A DNA stretch of 64,000 bases from Myxococcota bacterium (GTDB taxonomy: Bacteria; Myxococcota_A; UBA796; SXON01). Position numbers and translations under genes: made by a program. Positions within the stretch are counted from its first letter, which is position 1. Every line of letters starts with the position of its first letter. Below the pieces are notes generated by a model. It saw nothing but the letters and a program-made list of their open reading frames with translations, was not told the origin of the DNA and searched no databases. The stretch spans positions 224,001-288,000 of the forward strand of contig JAZKFH010000032.1 in assembly GCA_040386535.1 (NCBI GenBank), in the 5' to 3' direction. Below, in pieces: positions 10,191 through 19,571 of this stretch.

Positions 10191-10301
10191 GGCCGCTGGG
10201 GGGGCGCGAGGGGGACGGAGGGCGCGCCGCGGCTCTGCGCGGTGCGGTCCGGCGGGCGCCGCGCCCGCCGACCGAGGCCAGAGGCCGAGCCCGTAGGAGA
10301 C

Positions 10302-10336
10302 CGACCCCGCGCCGACGCCTCGGCGGCGTGGGGTCG
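10302..10336. terminator. GC-rich hairpin between convergent genes
   Basis: CGACCCCGCGCCG...CGGCGTGGGGTCG. No clear U-tract. Confidence 0.35.
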
Positions 10337-10347
10337 CGCCCGGAAAC

Positions 10348-11754
10348 CTACTCTGCTGGCTCCGGCGCTTCACACGCCGCGTTCCACTCCAGCCACGCGG
10401 ACGCCATGCCGACGGGCGTGTCGTAGACGACGAGGCCATCGGCCACGAGCGGATCGGTGGTGTCGGTGAGGAAGGCGGCGTAGGCCGCGAGGTCTTCCTG
10501 GAGCCCGGGGCCGTCGAGGTAGGCGTCCAGCTCCGCGCTGTCGGCCGTCGGGTCCCCCATGGGGGGGCCGAACCCGTCGACGTGGAGCACCCAGTACCAG
10601 GCGTTCACGTGGTCCGGGCGGGCGTGGGCGAGGACCTGCGAGAGCGTTTGTGTGGCGACGAGCGGGAAGAGGGCGTGCTCGACCTCGCGCACGTCGTGGC
10701 CGGGCAGGTAGAGGACCGGGCCCTCGGGATCGTGGAGGAGGAACGCGTCGAGATCGCCGGAGCCGACGCCGTCCGACAGGCGCCAGGGCTGGACCTGGAC
10801 GTGGGGGAGGCCGCGCTGGGTGGCGGGGTCCTTGAACGCGGTGAGGCTGGTGATGCCGGCGAGGCGCGCCGCGAGCCAGGGGGCCTCGCCGAAGCCGCCG
10901 TTCAGGTCGGACGTGAGCGCGCCGGACTCGCGCAGGGCCGTGCGCCCGTCGCGGATGGCCTGCTCCACGCCGCCCTCGCTGTCCTCGTCGTGGATGTGCA
11001 CCGACCAGCCCAGCCCCTCGGCCGAGCGCGCGGCGATCCAGCCCTCCTCCCAGAGCGCGGCGCCGCGGATGAACGTCGCGTCCGCCTGGAGGGTGAGGTG
11101 GGCCCCGTGTTCGGCGAACAGGGCCGAGAGCGCCTCGATCAAGCGCGCGCGGCGTCGCCACGTGTCCTCCCGGAGGAGGAAGTTCGGATCGTCTTCGATG
11201 TGGATGAGCATGCCGACGCGCACCGGCGCGGCGGGGCCCTCGGGAGAGGCGGCCCAGCGCTCGCCGACGACCGCGAAGTCATCGACGGTGGCGGTGCCGG
11301 GCTGCTCCAGCGTGAGGGTGACGACGATGTCGGCGCCCGCGGCCTCGATGATCACGGGGAGCTCGAACGTGCCGGAGAACCCGGGCTCGAAGCTCTCCTC
11401 GGCCAGGGTGCGGAGCGGGCCGTCGTTCGCGGTGTGGGTGACCGTGACGGTGACGGGCGTGTCGGCGAGCAAGGTTCCGCTCACGACGTGCGCGACGCCG
11501 CGGTTGAGCGCGAGCGCCAGGGTGGCGCCGCCGGGGCCGGTGACCGCGAGGCAGGGCGGCGCGCCGCAGATCGTGGACGAGGCGGTGTCGACCGTGGCGC
11601 CCCCGACGGGCTCCCAGGCGGCCGTGGCCTCGTCGACGCGGAGATCGGGCTCCAACACGGGGTCCCACGGGTCGGGCGCGAAACCCAGGCACGCGGCGTC
11701 CGGATCGGGGCCGGAGCAGGCGCCGAGGAGGGCCGCGGCGAAGACCACCCTCAC
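10348..11754 (-). CDS. Hypothetical lipoprotein; beta-sandwich N-domain and possible deacetylase-like C-domain
   Basis: LLGAC lipobox. GTG at 11754 overlaps the pgi stop. HIEDD and VHIH motifs. Confidence 0.7.
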   Translation of the reverse strand: MRVVFAAALLGACSGPDPDAACLGFAPDPWDPVLEPDLRVDEATAAWEPVGGATVDTASSTICGAPPCLAVTGPGGATLALALNRGVAHVVSGTLLADTPVTVTVTHTANDGPLRTLAEESFEPGFSGTFELPVIIEAAGADIVVTLTLEQPGTATVDDFAVVGERWAASPEGPAAPVRVGMLIHIEDDPNFLLREDTWRRRARLIEALSALFAEHGAHLTLQADATFIRGAALWEEGWIAARSAEGLGWSVHIHDEDSEGGVEQAIRDGRTALRESGALTSDLNGGFGEAPWLAARLAGITSLTAFKDPATQRGLPHVQVQPWRLSDGVGSGDLDAFLLHDPEGPVLYLPGHDVREVEHALFPLVATQTLSQVLAHARPDHVNAWYWVLHVDGFGPPMGDPTADSAELDAYLDGPGLQEDLAAYAAFLTDTTDPLVADGLVVYDTPVGMASAWLEWNAACEAPEPAE

Positions 11755-13280
11755 TCGGAGGATCGGGCGAAGCGGTCGGTCCACGGGCCGGCGCCGGGGA
11801 GGTAGCGCACGCCGCCGTTCGCGCCGAGCCGCATCAGGAGGAACCACGCCACCGACAGGTCGGTGACACCGGCGCGCTCGGCGATGACGGCGGCGGTCGC
11901 GGGGGTGTCCTCCAGCGCGGCGAGCAGGCGGGGCTTCATCGCGATGACGTCGGCCGCGGCCTTCTTGCCGGCCTCGACGCCGGGCTGGTTGTACGCGTTC
12001 ACGTTGACGCGGAGCGCGTAGAGGCCGACCGCGCGCTCGTACAGCGCCACGAGCGCGCCGATCCGGAACGCGTCGACCTGCGAGAGCAGGATGGTGAGCG
12101 ACGGATGGCCGCCCTCGGTCAAGGCCTTGCGCGTGCCGAGCAGGAACCCCTGGAGGTAGTCCCCCGCGTCGAGCCCGGGATCGACCTCGACGCCGCCGTG
12201 GTAGCCGTCGTCCAGGACGCCCACGAAGGTGGCGAAGTAGTCGTCCGGCCCCTCGCGGAGCTGCTGGACGTACGCGTGCTGGTCGGTCGAGCCCTTGTTG
12301 CCGTACACCGTGAGGCCCTGGTGCACGATGTTGCCCTGGAGATCCTTCTCCTTGCCGATGGACTCCATGACGAGCTGCTGGAGGTAGCGGGAGAGCAGCA
12401 CCAGCCGGTCGCGGTAGGGCAGCATCACCATGGCGCGCGTGCCGTGCCCGCCGCCGAGGTGGTGCCAGGCGAGGGCGAGCAGCGCCGCGGGGTTCTGCGA
12501 GACACGGGGCGCGCGAGTGACCTCGTCCATGGCGGCGGCGCCGGCCAGGAACGCGTCCGCGTCGATGCCCTGGAGCCACATCGGGAAGATGCCGACGCAG
12601 CTGGCGAGGCTGGTGCGGCCGCCCACCCAGTCCCACATCGGGAGCCGGGCGCGCCAGCCCGCCGCGGCGTTCCAGAGCGCGCTCCCCTCCCCCGTGACGG
12701 CGACGGCGTGGGCCTCGAACGGGAGCTCGGCCCGCGCGTACGCGGCCTGGGTCTCGAGCAGGGCGTTGCGGGTCTCGGCGGTGCCGCCGCTCTTGGAGAT
12801 GCAGACGACCAGCGTTTCTTCGAGGTCGAGCGGGCCGAGCACGCGGCAGATGCCGTCGGGATCGGTGTTGTCGAGGAACACGACCCGCATGCGATCGTCG
12901 GGCTCGGCCAGCGCGTCGGCGACGAACTGGGGGCCGAGGGCCGAGCCGCCGATGCCGAGGACGAGGACGGTGCGGAAGTCGGACTCGCGGTGGATGCTGG
13001 CGGCGAGGGCCCGCGCGGACTCCCGCGCCGCGTCGATGACGGCGCCGAGCCCGTCGGGCGCGAGCTCGGGCGTGCGGAGCCAGTAGTGGCCGACCCGCCG
13101 ATTCTCGTCGGGGTTGGCGATCGCGCCGGCCTCGAGGTCGGCCATGGCGCGGAACGGGCCGGCGAACTCGGCCTCGGCGCCCGCGAGATCGGCCGGGGTC
13201 AAGCCGGTGGTGGTCAGATCGAGCCAGACGCCGAGCGCCACGTTCCGCCAGCCGAGGACATCCATTCGCTCGAGCGCCAT
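11751..13280 (-). CDS. pgi: Glucose-6-phosphate isomerase
   Basis: GIGGSALG, SKSGGTAET, WDWVGGRTS, QQLVMESIGK, GSTDQHAY and NQPGVEAGK motifs. Confidence 0.96.
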   Translation of the reverse strand: MALERMDVLGWRNVALGVWLDLTTTGLTPADLAGAEAEFAGPFRAMADLEAGAIANPDENRRVGHYWLRTPELAPDGLGAVIDAARESARALAASIHRESDFRTVLVLGIGGSALGPQFVADALAEPDDRMRVVFLDNTDPDGICRVLGPLDLEETLVVCISKSGGTAETRNALLETQAAYARAELPFEAHAVAVTGEGSALWNAAAGWRARLPMWDWVGGRTSLASCVGIFPMWLQGIDADAFLAGAAAMDEVTRAPRVSQNPAALLALAWHHLGGGHGTRAMVMLPYRDRLVLLSRYLQQLVMESIGKEKDLQGNIVHQGLTVYGNKGSTDQHAYVQQLREGPDDYFATFVGVLDDGYHGGVEVDPGLDAGDYLQGFLLGTRKALTEGGHPSLTILLSQVDAFRIGALVALYERAVGLYALRVNVNAYNQPGVEAGKKAAADVIAMKPRLLAALEDTPATAAVIAERAGVTDLSVAWFLLMRLGANGGVRYLPGAGPWTDRFARSSE

Positions 13281-13345
13281 CCACACCTCAGGCTCCGGAA
13301 CGTACCCCGCTGGCCGTGCCCCGGCGCGGCAGATAGCCGGCCCCC

Positions 13346-13825
13346 ATGGTTCGAAACGTATCGCTCGTCGCCCTCCTCCTCGTGCTCGGCTGCTCCACCG
13401 AGAGCCCCCCATCGGGCTCCAGCGGCAAGGCGCCCGCCGCGAAGGCCGTGGACAACGCCCGGCCGAGCTCGGTCGCGGGGATCGAGGCGGTCACCAACGC
13501 CTCAGGGCTCAAGTCGTGGGTGATCAAGCCGGGCACCGGCCCCGCGCCGGCCCGCGGGCAGACGGTGCAGGTGCACTACACGGGCTGGCTGCAGGACGGC
13601 ACCAAGTTCGACTCCAGCCTGGACAAGGGCCGCCCGTTCGACTTCGTGCTGGGCGCGGGCGAGGTGATCGCCGGGTGGGACGAGGGCGTGGCGATGATGA
13701 AGGTGGGCGAGAAGCGCCAGTTCGAGATCCCGCCCGCGCTCGGCTACGGCGAGCGCGGCGCGGGCCGCGTGATCCCGCACAACGCGACCTTGATCTTCGA
13801 CGTCGAGCTGATCGGGATCGAGTAG
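13346..13825 (+). CDS. FKBP-type peptidyl-prolyl isomerase, lipoprotein
   Basis: VHYTG, FDSS, VIAGWDEG, IPPALGYG and LIFDVEL motifs, plus VLGC lipobox. Confidence 0.95.
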   Translation: MVRNVSLVALLLVLGCSTESPPSGSSGKAPAAKAVDNARPSSVAGIEAVTNASGLKSWVIKPGTGPAPARGQTVQVHYTGWLQDGTKFDSSLDKGRPFDFVLGAGEVIAGWDEGVAMMKVGEKRQFEIPPALGYGERGAGRVIPHNATLIFDVELIGIE

Positions 13826-13827
13826 GC

Positions 13828-15165
13828 CTACTCGCCGGGCAACAGCCGGATCCGCGCGACGCCCTTCACGTTCGCGCAGCTGTCCTTCGCCTGCCCGGTG
13901 GGGACGAGGATGCGGAAGGGGCCGCCCTGGCTCTCGGGGAGCGGTTCGCCGGGCGACCCGTCCGCGGCCGGCAGCGAGTGGACGAGGACGGTGCCGCCGA
14001 GGCCCGCGAGGGCGAACGGCGCGGTCGCCATCCCGTCGAGCGCGGAGACGATGAGCCGCGCGTCCGGGAGCGCGTCGGCGCGCGCGAGCACCGCGGAGAG
14101 CAACACGCCGACGCCGACGCGGCCGGCCACGGCGACGCCCACGTCGGGCACCTGGCTGGGGAGCGCGGCGAGCGCCTTTTGTGTGAAGTGGAGCTCGCTC
14201 CCGTCGAGATCGACGACGGTGACGCCGGGCGCGCGGGGCGCCGCCGCCTCCACAGGGAGGGCGCAGGCCTCGAAGGCGGCAGCGAACGCGTCGAGATCGG
14301 CGCTGGCGCCCACGATCACGTCGGCGCGGCCGTCGCGCCGCCACGCGGTCCCGTCGAGGTGCACCTGCCCGCCCGCCACGTCGACACGGAACCAGCCCAT
14401 GTCGCCGCCGTAGAAGAGCCCCTTGAAGCGGACGAGCCCCGGCGTGGACGTGAGCAAAGCGCGCAGCGAGTCCCAGCGCATCGTCACGTCGGGCGGGAAG
14501 CGCCACGAGCGCGCGCGGAAGCCCTCGGTGGAGGGGGTGTCGCGCGCCACGGTGTAGCGGACCGAGGGCCCCACGCCTTCGGGCCAGGCGAGGGCGTCGG
14601 CGGGCAGGACGCCGAAGGAGGTCTCGAGCACGCGTGCCGGCCCGGGCCAGAGCTGCTTGACCCGGATTCGGAAGGCGACGAGCGCCTCGGGGGTGGCGAG
14701 ATCGACGCGGTTGAGCACGAGCACGTCGGCCGCTTCGAGCTGGGTGGCGAGGAGCGCGGCGCCGGCGCTGTCGAGCGTCACGGACGGGTCTACGATGACG
14801 ATGGTGGGGCCAAGCGCGACGCGATCCTTGACGCCGCCGCGCGTGAGCATGTCCACCACGTCCTGCGGCCGGGCGAGCCCCGACGGCTCGATGAACAGCC
14901 GGTCGGGCCGCACCTCGTCGAGCACGGTCGCGACCGCTTTTGCGAGACCCGCGGGGGCCGTGCAGCACACGCAGCCGCCGGGGATGTTGGTGATGGAGAG
15001 GTCGCCTGGGAGACCCTCACTCACGAGCGCGGCGTCGATCCCGGCGTCTCCGAAGTCGTTGACGATGATCGCGGCCCGGCCGGGGTTGGCGGCCATCCAG
15101 GCCCGGACGGTGGTGGTCTTTCCGGCGCCGAGGAAGCCGGCGACGATGTGGACGGGGGTCGGCAT
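13828..15165 (-). CDS. COG0523/CobW-family P-loop GTPase with extra C-terminal domain
   Basis: GFLGAGKTT, GGCVCC, IEPSGLA, LNRVD and RFKG motifs. C-terminal QGGPFRILVP...ANVKGV. Confidence 0.88.
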   Translation of the reverse strand: MPTPVHIVAGFLGAGKTTTVRAWMAANPGRAAIIVNDFGDAGIDAALVSEGLPGDLSITNIPGGCVCCTAPAGLAKAVATVLDEVRPDRLFIEPSGLARPQDVVDMLTRGGVKDRVALGPTIVIVDPSVTLDSAGAALLATQLEAADVLVLNRVDLATPEALVAFRIRVKQLWPGPARVLETSFGVLPADALAWPEGVGPSVRYTVARDTPSTEGFRARSWRFPPDVTMRWDSLRALLTSTPGLVRFKGLFYGGDMGWFRVDVAGGQVHLDGTAWRRDGRADVIVGASADLDAFAAAFEACALPVEAAAPRAPGVTVVDLDGSELHFTQKALAALPSQVPDVGVAVAGRVGVGVLLSAVLARADALPDARLIVSALDGMATAPFALAGLGGTVLVHSLPAADGSPGEPLPESQGGPFRILVPTGQAKDSCANVKGVARIRLLPGE

Positions 15166-15228
15166 GCCGACGGTTTATCCGCGTCGGGTTGGGGGAGGAA
15201 GGCGCGGGAGAAGCAGGGAGCAGGAGGG

Positions 15229-15758
15229 GGAGAATCAGGAAGGTAGGAAGGGGCAGGAAGGCAGGAAGCCGGAGGGGAGGCAGGAAGCCGGAGGGGAGGC
15301 AGGAAGCCGGAGGGGAGGCAGGAAGGGGCAGGAAGGCAGGAAGGGGCAGGAAGGCAGGAAGCCGGAGGGGAGGCAGGAAGCCGGACGGGAGGCAGGAAGG
15401 GGCAGGAAGGCAGTAAGCCGGAGGGGAGGCAGGAAGCCGGAGGGGCAGGAAGAGAAGGACAGAAGGCAAGCACCGATTTCGGTTCCCCCTCCTGCCTTCC
15501 TTCATTCCTGCCTTCCTGTTTCTCCGGAACTCCGGAACTCCGGATGGAGGGAGTGAGAACGCCAGAAGCCAGGCAAGCAAGCACCGATTTCGGTTCCCCC
15601 TCCTGCCTTCCTTCATTCCTGCCTTCCTGCTTCTCCGGAACTCCGGAACTCCGGAACTCCGGATCGAGGGAGCGAGAACGCCAAAAGCCAGGCAAGCAAG
15701 CGCCGAGTCCGGTTCCCCCTCCTGCTGCTTTCCTCTACTCCTGCCTTCCTGATTCTCC
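15229..15758. repeat. Composite intergenic repeat: GGCAGGAAG-based purine array plus three ~111-119 bp units, bounded by ~19-bp inverted repeats
   Basis: Left end GGAGAATCAGGAAGGTAGG (15229) and right end CCTGCCTTCCTGATTCTCC (15740-15758). Units start at 15467, 15578 and 15697. Confidence 0.9.
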
Positions 15759-15973
15759 GGATCCGGCCTTCCCCTGCGGTTCTGGCGGGCATCCCCGCCC
15801 CACGCCGATGCCGACGAGCACCGCGCCAGGGGGACGGAGGGCGGGCCGACTGCGTCGGGCCGGCTCGGCGCACCGGCCAGCGGCCGGCCGCGCCAGCGGA
15901 GGCGCTTGCGCCGACCCCGGAGGAGCCCGGCGGCGAGCGGAGCGAGGCGCGGCGCCCAGAGGATGCCGACGGC

Positions 15974-17092
15974 CTACGTGGCTTCGGACTCGACCCAGCG
16001 CAGGATGCGGTCGACGTCCGCCCAGCGGGACAACTTGCCCTCGGCGCCGAGCAGCGTGATGACGAGGCGGCGACCGTCGGCCGTCTGCACCATCGTCGTG
16101 AAGCAATACCGCGCGGTGTCGGTGTACCCGGTCTTCGCGCTGAGCACGTCCAGATCGGTGCGGCCGGAGAGGCGGTCGGTCGTGAAGAGGCGACGGGGCG
16201 CCTGCTTGTTGGACCGGTGCAGATCCCAGAACGGCGCGGTGGCGACGGTGGAGAGCACTGGGTGGGATGCGACGGCGACCGTGGCGCGGGCCATGTCGCG
16301 GGCGGTGGAGAGGTTCTCGTCCTCCAGGCCGGAGGGGTCGGCCCAGGTCGAGTGGTCCATGCCGAGGTCGGCGCTGACGCTGTCCATGCGGGCGATGAAC
16401 GCGTCCATGTCGAGGCCGGAGACGGTCGCGAGCGCGTACGCCGCGCGGTTGTCGGACGCGACGAGGGCGGCGCCGAGCACGTCCCATCCGCCGAGGCAAT
16501 CGCCCGTGGACAGGCGGCTCCGGGCGCCGGAGCGCGTGGGGTACTGCGCGGCCGTGACGCAGAATTCCGTGTCGAGGTTGGGCTCGGCGGACATGAGCGC
16601 GAGCGACGAGACGAGCTTGGTGAGCGACGCGACGGGGCGCACCACGTCGGCGTTCTTGTCGATGAGGGGCACGCCGGCATCAACGTCGTAGACGAACACG
16701 GAGCGCGAGCGGAGCGCCGGGCCGCGCCCGCCCACGGCCACGCCGCTCATAAGCGCTACGGTGTCGACGTCGGTGACCGCGGGGAACCACGTGGGGCGGT
16801 GCCACACGGAGCCGTCGGACAGGTCGTTGTGGACGAGCGCCGCGGGGATCGTGATCGCCGCCGGAGCGAGCAAGGCGCCGCTGACCGAGCCGAGCGCGCC
16901 GACCGAGCCGAGCGCGTTGACCGAGCCGAGGTTCAGGGAGCCGGCCTGCAGGGAGCCGGCCTGCAGGGAGCCGGGGGCGGGCAAGCGTGCGACCGGAACC
17001 GACGCGTGGAGCACGGGCGTGGCGACGTGAATGGTCAACACCGCGCCTGCGGCGACGATGGCGGTGGAGGCGAGGCGCAGGGCGAGCTTCAC
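15974..17092 (-). CDS. pbpG: Peptidase S11 D-alanyl-D-alanine endo/carboxypeptidase (PBP7-like)
   Basis: ASLTKL (SxxK), SDN (SxN) and KTG motifs. GTG start is estimated. Confidence 0.82.
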   Translation of the reverse strand: MKLALRLASTAIVAAGAVLTIHVATPVLHASVPVARLPAPGSLQAGSLQAGSLNLGSVNALGSVGALGSVSGALLAPAAITIPAALVHNDLSDGSVWHRPTWFPAVTDVDTVALMSGVAVGGRGPALRSRSVFVYDVDAGVPLIDKNADVVRPVASLTKLVSSLALMSAEPNLDTEFCVTAAQYPTRSGARSRLSTGDCLGGWDVLGAALVASDNRAAYALATVSGLDMDAFIARMDSVSADLGMDHSTWADPSGLEDENLSTARDMARATVAVASHPVLSTVATAPFWDLHRSNKQAPRRLFTTDRLSGRTDLDVLSAKTGYTDTARYCFTTMVQTADGRRLVITLLGAEGKLSRWADVDRILRWVESEAT

Positions 17093-17313
17093 GGATCGGC
17101 CAAAAGGAAAGGGGGTTCGAACAGAAGAACACAGTCCATCTTGGCACGTCAATAGCCAAGCCGACCCGCGGGTCGATTTGTCGACGGGCGACGGCGGAAA
17201 GTCCTCGGGCGGAACCCCGGCTGGGGCTGGGGAGAGCGTAGCGTAGCCGGGCGCGCGGCGCTCTGTCCCCTGTCTCGCCCGTTCCCTGGCATCGGCGGAG
17301 CCCTTCCGCTACC

Positions 17314-18867
17314 ATGGCGGCGGGAGGCCTCATGCTCCAGCGACAGCTCCAGTCCCCGGTCCGACGCCGAAAGGGCGGCAGTGACACCGGCGCCCACCCC
17401 GAGGGTGGCGACCGCCAGGCGCGCCTGGGGAACGCGGCCGTGCAGGAGCGGAGCCCCGCGGGGAGCACGAGCCAGGCCCCCGAGGTCAGCAACGTCGAGG
17501 CGCAGCAGTGGGTGGCCGACGCCAACAGCTTTCCCGACGGGGAGGAGCTGCAGGAGGCCGGCGCCCAGCAGCCGATGCGGCCGACGGCGCTCAAGAAGGG
17601 CCAGACCGGCGCGCTGATCGGGACCGAGAGCACCGTCAAGCTGACGCGCAGCTCGGACGGCAAGGGCCGCGCCGCCGCGGAGGTGGCCGACGGATCGCCC
17701 GCCAAGGTGCTCCAGGTGAGCGGCAGCCGCATCAAGGTGTCGGTGCGCGACGGCGAGAAGAACGTCGAGGGCTGGGTAGACGGCGCCGTGTTCTCCGACC
17801 AGCCGACGCTCACGCGCGACGAGGACGACAACAAGCTGGCGGACGACTTCGTGTACAGCAAGGTCGAGGGCGACCACTCCCCGGTGGACCCGAAGGGCAA
17901 GGACACCGCCCAGGGCGCCGCGGGCGACTGCTTCCTCATCGCGTCGATGGCCGCCGTGGCGAACGCCTCGCCGGGCGCCATCAAGGACATGGTCAAGTAC
18001 GACGCGAAGAAGGGAACGTACACGGTGCGCTTCTACGAGGAGCAGGGCCGAGGCGCGTCCAAGCCCGTGTACATCGAGGTCGACGGCTACCTCCCCACCG
18101 AGAAGGGCAACCGCAAGGACCCCAGCTACGCGGGCGACGAGGGCGGCGTGATGTGGTCGGCCATCATCGAGAAGGCCTACGCCAAGTGGAAGGGCGGCTA
18201 CGACGTGATCGGCGAGGGCGGCACCGGCGAGGAGGCCATGGCCGAGCTGACCGGCGTGCGGTCGGTGAACAAGCGGCCGTCGAGCATGAAGGCGGACGAG
18301 GTGATCCCCTTCTTCACGCAGGCGCAGAAGGATGGGAAGGCCATCTACGCGGGCGTGAAGGACGCGGGGAAGTCGGCGGTGCAGAAGCCTTTCTCGGGCA
18401 CGGGGGACGGGCCGTTCACCGGCGCGTTGACCCACACCCACCGGTGGAACGAGATCCACCCCGGCTCGATCGAGATCACCGACACCAAGGGCGCCGCGGG
18501 CGACGTGTACGACAGCGGCAGCCACGGCGACAAGACCGGGAAGCTCTCCGGGACGGGGCTCAAGAGCGGCCTCGTGAACTACAAGGGCGACGACAAGGAC
18601 AAGCTCGAGCTGGCCTTCAGCCGGGGCAAGGGCCCGGCGGCGGCGGCGGACCTCGAGGTGGCGTTCGACTACGAGGGCGTGCTGGATGTGGCGAAGACCA
18701 TCATCGGCAACCACGCCTACGCGTTCGAGGCCGTGGTCGGCGAGGAGCTCCAGTTCTACAACCCCTGGGGCACCTACCAGCCGAAGCCGATCACGCCCGG
18801 CGAGTTCCTCACCCACTTCGACAGCTTGACGACCAACACCCCGCCGTCGACCAAGACGCAGGGTTGA
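17314..18867 (+). CDS. Calpain-family (C2) cysteine protease with N-terminal SH3-like domain
   Basis: QGAAGDCFLIA, WSAIIEKAYAK, NHAYA and YNPWG motifs. SH3b-like segment ending VEGWV. Confidence 0.88.
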   Translation: MAAGGLMLQRQLQSPVRRRKGGSDTGAHPEGGDRQARLGNAAVQERSPAGSTSQAPEVSNVEAQQWVADANSFPDGEELQEAGAQQPMRPTALKKGQTGALIGTESTVKLTRSSDGKGRAAAEVADGSPAKVLQVSGSRIKVSVRDGEKNVEGWVDGAVFSDQPTLTRDEDDNKLADDFVYSKVEGDHSPVDPKGKDTAQGAAGDCFLIASMAAVANASPGAIKDMVKYDAKKGTYTVRFYEEQGRGASKPVYIEVDGYLPTEKGNRKDPSYAGDEGGVMWSAIIEKAYAKWKGGYDVIGEGGTGEEAMAELTGVRSVNKRPSSMKADEVIPFFTQAQKDGKAIYAGVKDAGKSAVQKPFSGTGDGPFTGALTHTHRWNEIHPGSIEITDTKGAAGDVYDSGSHGDKTGKLSGTGLKSGLVNYKGDDKDKLELAFSRGKGPAAAADLEVAFDYEGVLDVAKTIIGNHAYAFEAVVGEELQFYNPWGTYQPKPITPGEFLTHFDSLTTNTPPSTKTQG

Positions 18868-18896
18868 CTCTCCCAGATCTACCCGTGGAGGCGCCA

Positions 18897-19571
18897 ATGG
18901 CGGAGTGTACGGCCCGGATCGAAGCGGGCCAGCCGCTCGCCGAGGCGCTGGCGGCCGGTGGTGTGGTGTGTCTCGGGCCGGGCGTGCATGCCGGCCCCCT
19001 GGCGCCGACCGTGAGCGTGACCTTGCGCGGCGAGGCCGGCGCGGTGATCGACGCGAAGGGCAAGGGCCCCGTCGTGGCGGTGCAGGACGACGATCTCGTG
19101 GTGCGCATCGAGGCGCTGACGCTCCGAGGCGGCGCCGGCGAGGCCGGGGGCGGCGTGTCGTTGACCGCCTACTCCGAGGTGGTGCTGGTGGACTGCACGG
19201 TCGAGGACAACGCCTCGCGCGCGCTCGGCGCGGGGAAGGGCGGCGGGAAGAGCGGGGGCGGCGGCGTGTATGCCAACCGAGGCACCGTGCGCGTGCAGGG
19301 CGGCGAGTTTCGTCGCAATCGTGCATCGCTCGGAAGCGACCTGTTCGTGACCGGCGTGGCCGAGCTGTTCGTGGTCGGCGGGCACCTGGGCGGCGACGTG
19401 GCCGCGCGCGAGGGGGCCAAGGTGGCGATGGAGGGCGTGAAGGCCGACGGCGTGCTCGACGTCCGAGGGACGACCACCCGTGCCCCGACCGTGTCGGTGA
19501 AGGGCGGCCACCTGCGCGGTGGTGTGAAGAATGACCCGGCCCTTCCGGCCCAGGTGGAGATCCTCCCATGA
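18897..19571 (+). CDS. Right-handed parallel beta-helix (pectin lyase-like) protein
   Basis: LGPGVH...VTLRGE...VIDAKG N-cap and GGGV...N repeats. GGAGG RBS before the ATG. Confidence 0.75.
   Translation: MAECTARIEAGQPLAEALAAGGVVCLGPGVHAGPLAPTVSVTLRGEAGAVIDAKGKGPVVAVQDDDLVVRIEALTLRGGAGEAGGGVSLTAYSEVVLVDCTVEDNASRALGAGKGGGKSGGGGVYANRGTVRVQGGEFRRNRASLGSDLFVTGVAELFVVGGHLGGDVAAREGAKVAMEGVKADGVLDVRGTTTRAPTVSVKGGHLRGGVKNDPALPAQVEILP

Noticed and set aside
15229..15758. Repeat region as a CRISPR array, or as coding (ORFs 15017-15616 and 15021-15695)
   Set aside because: No unique spacers between constant repeats and no cas genes. The ORFs are low-complexity translations of the repeat.
16880..16975. 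15-bp and 18-bp tandem repeats
   Set aside because: In-frame linker repeats (GSLQA, ALGSV) within the PBP7-like gene.
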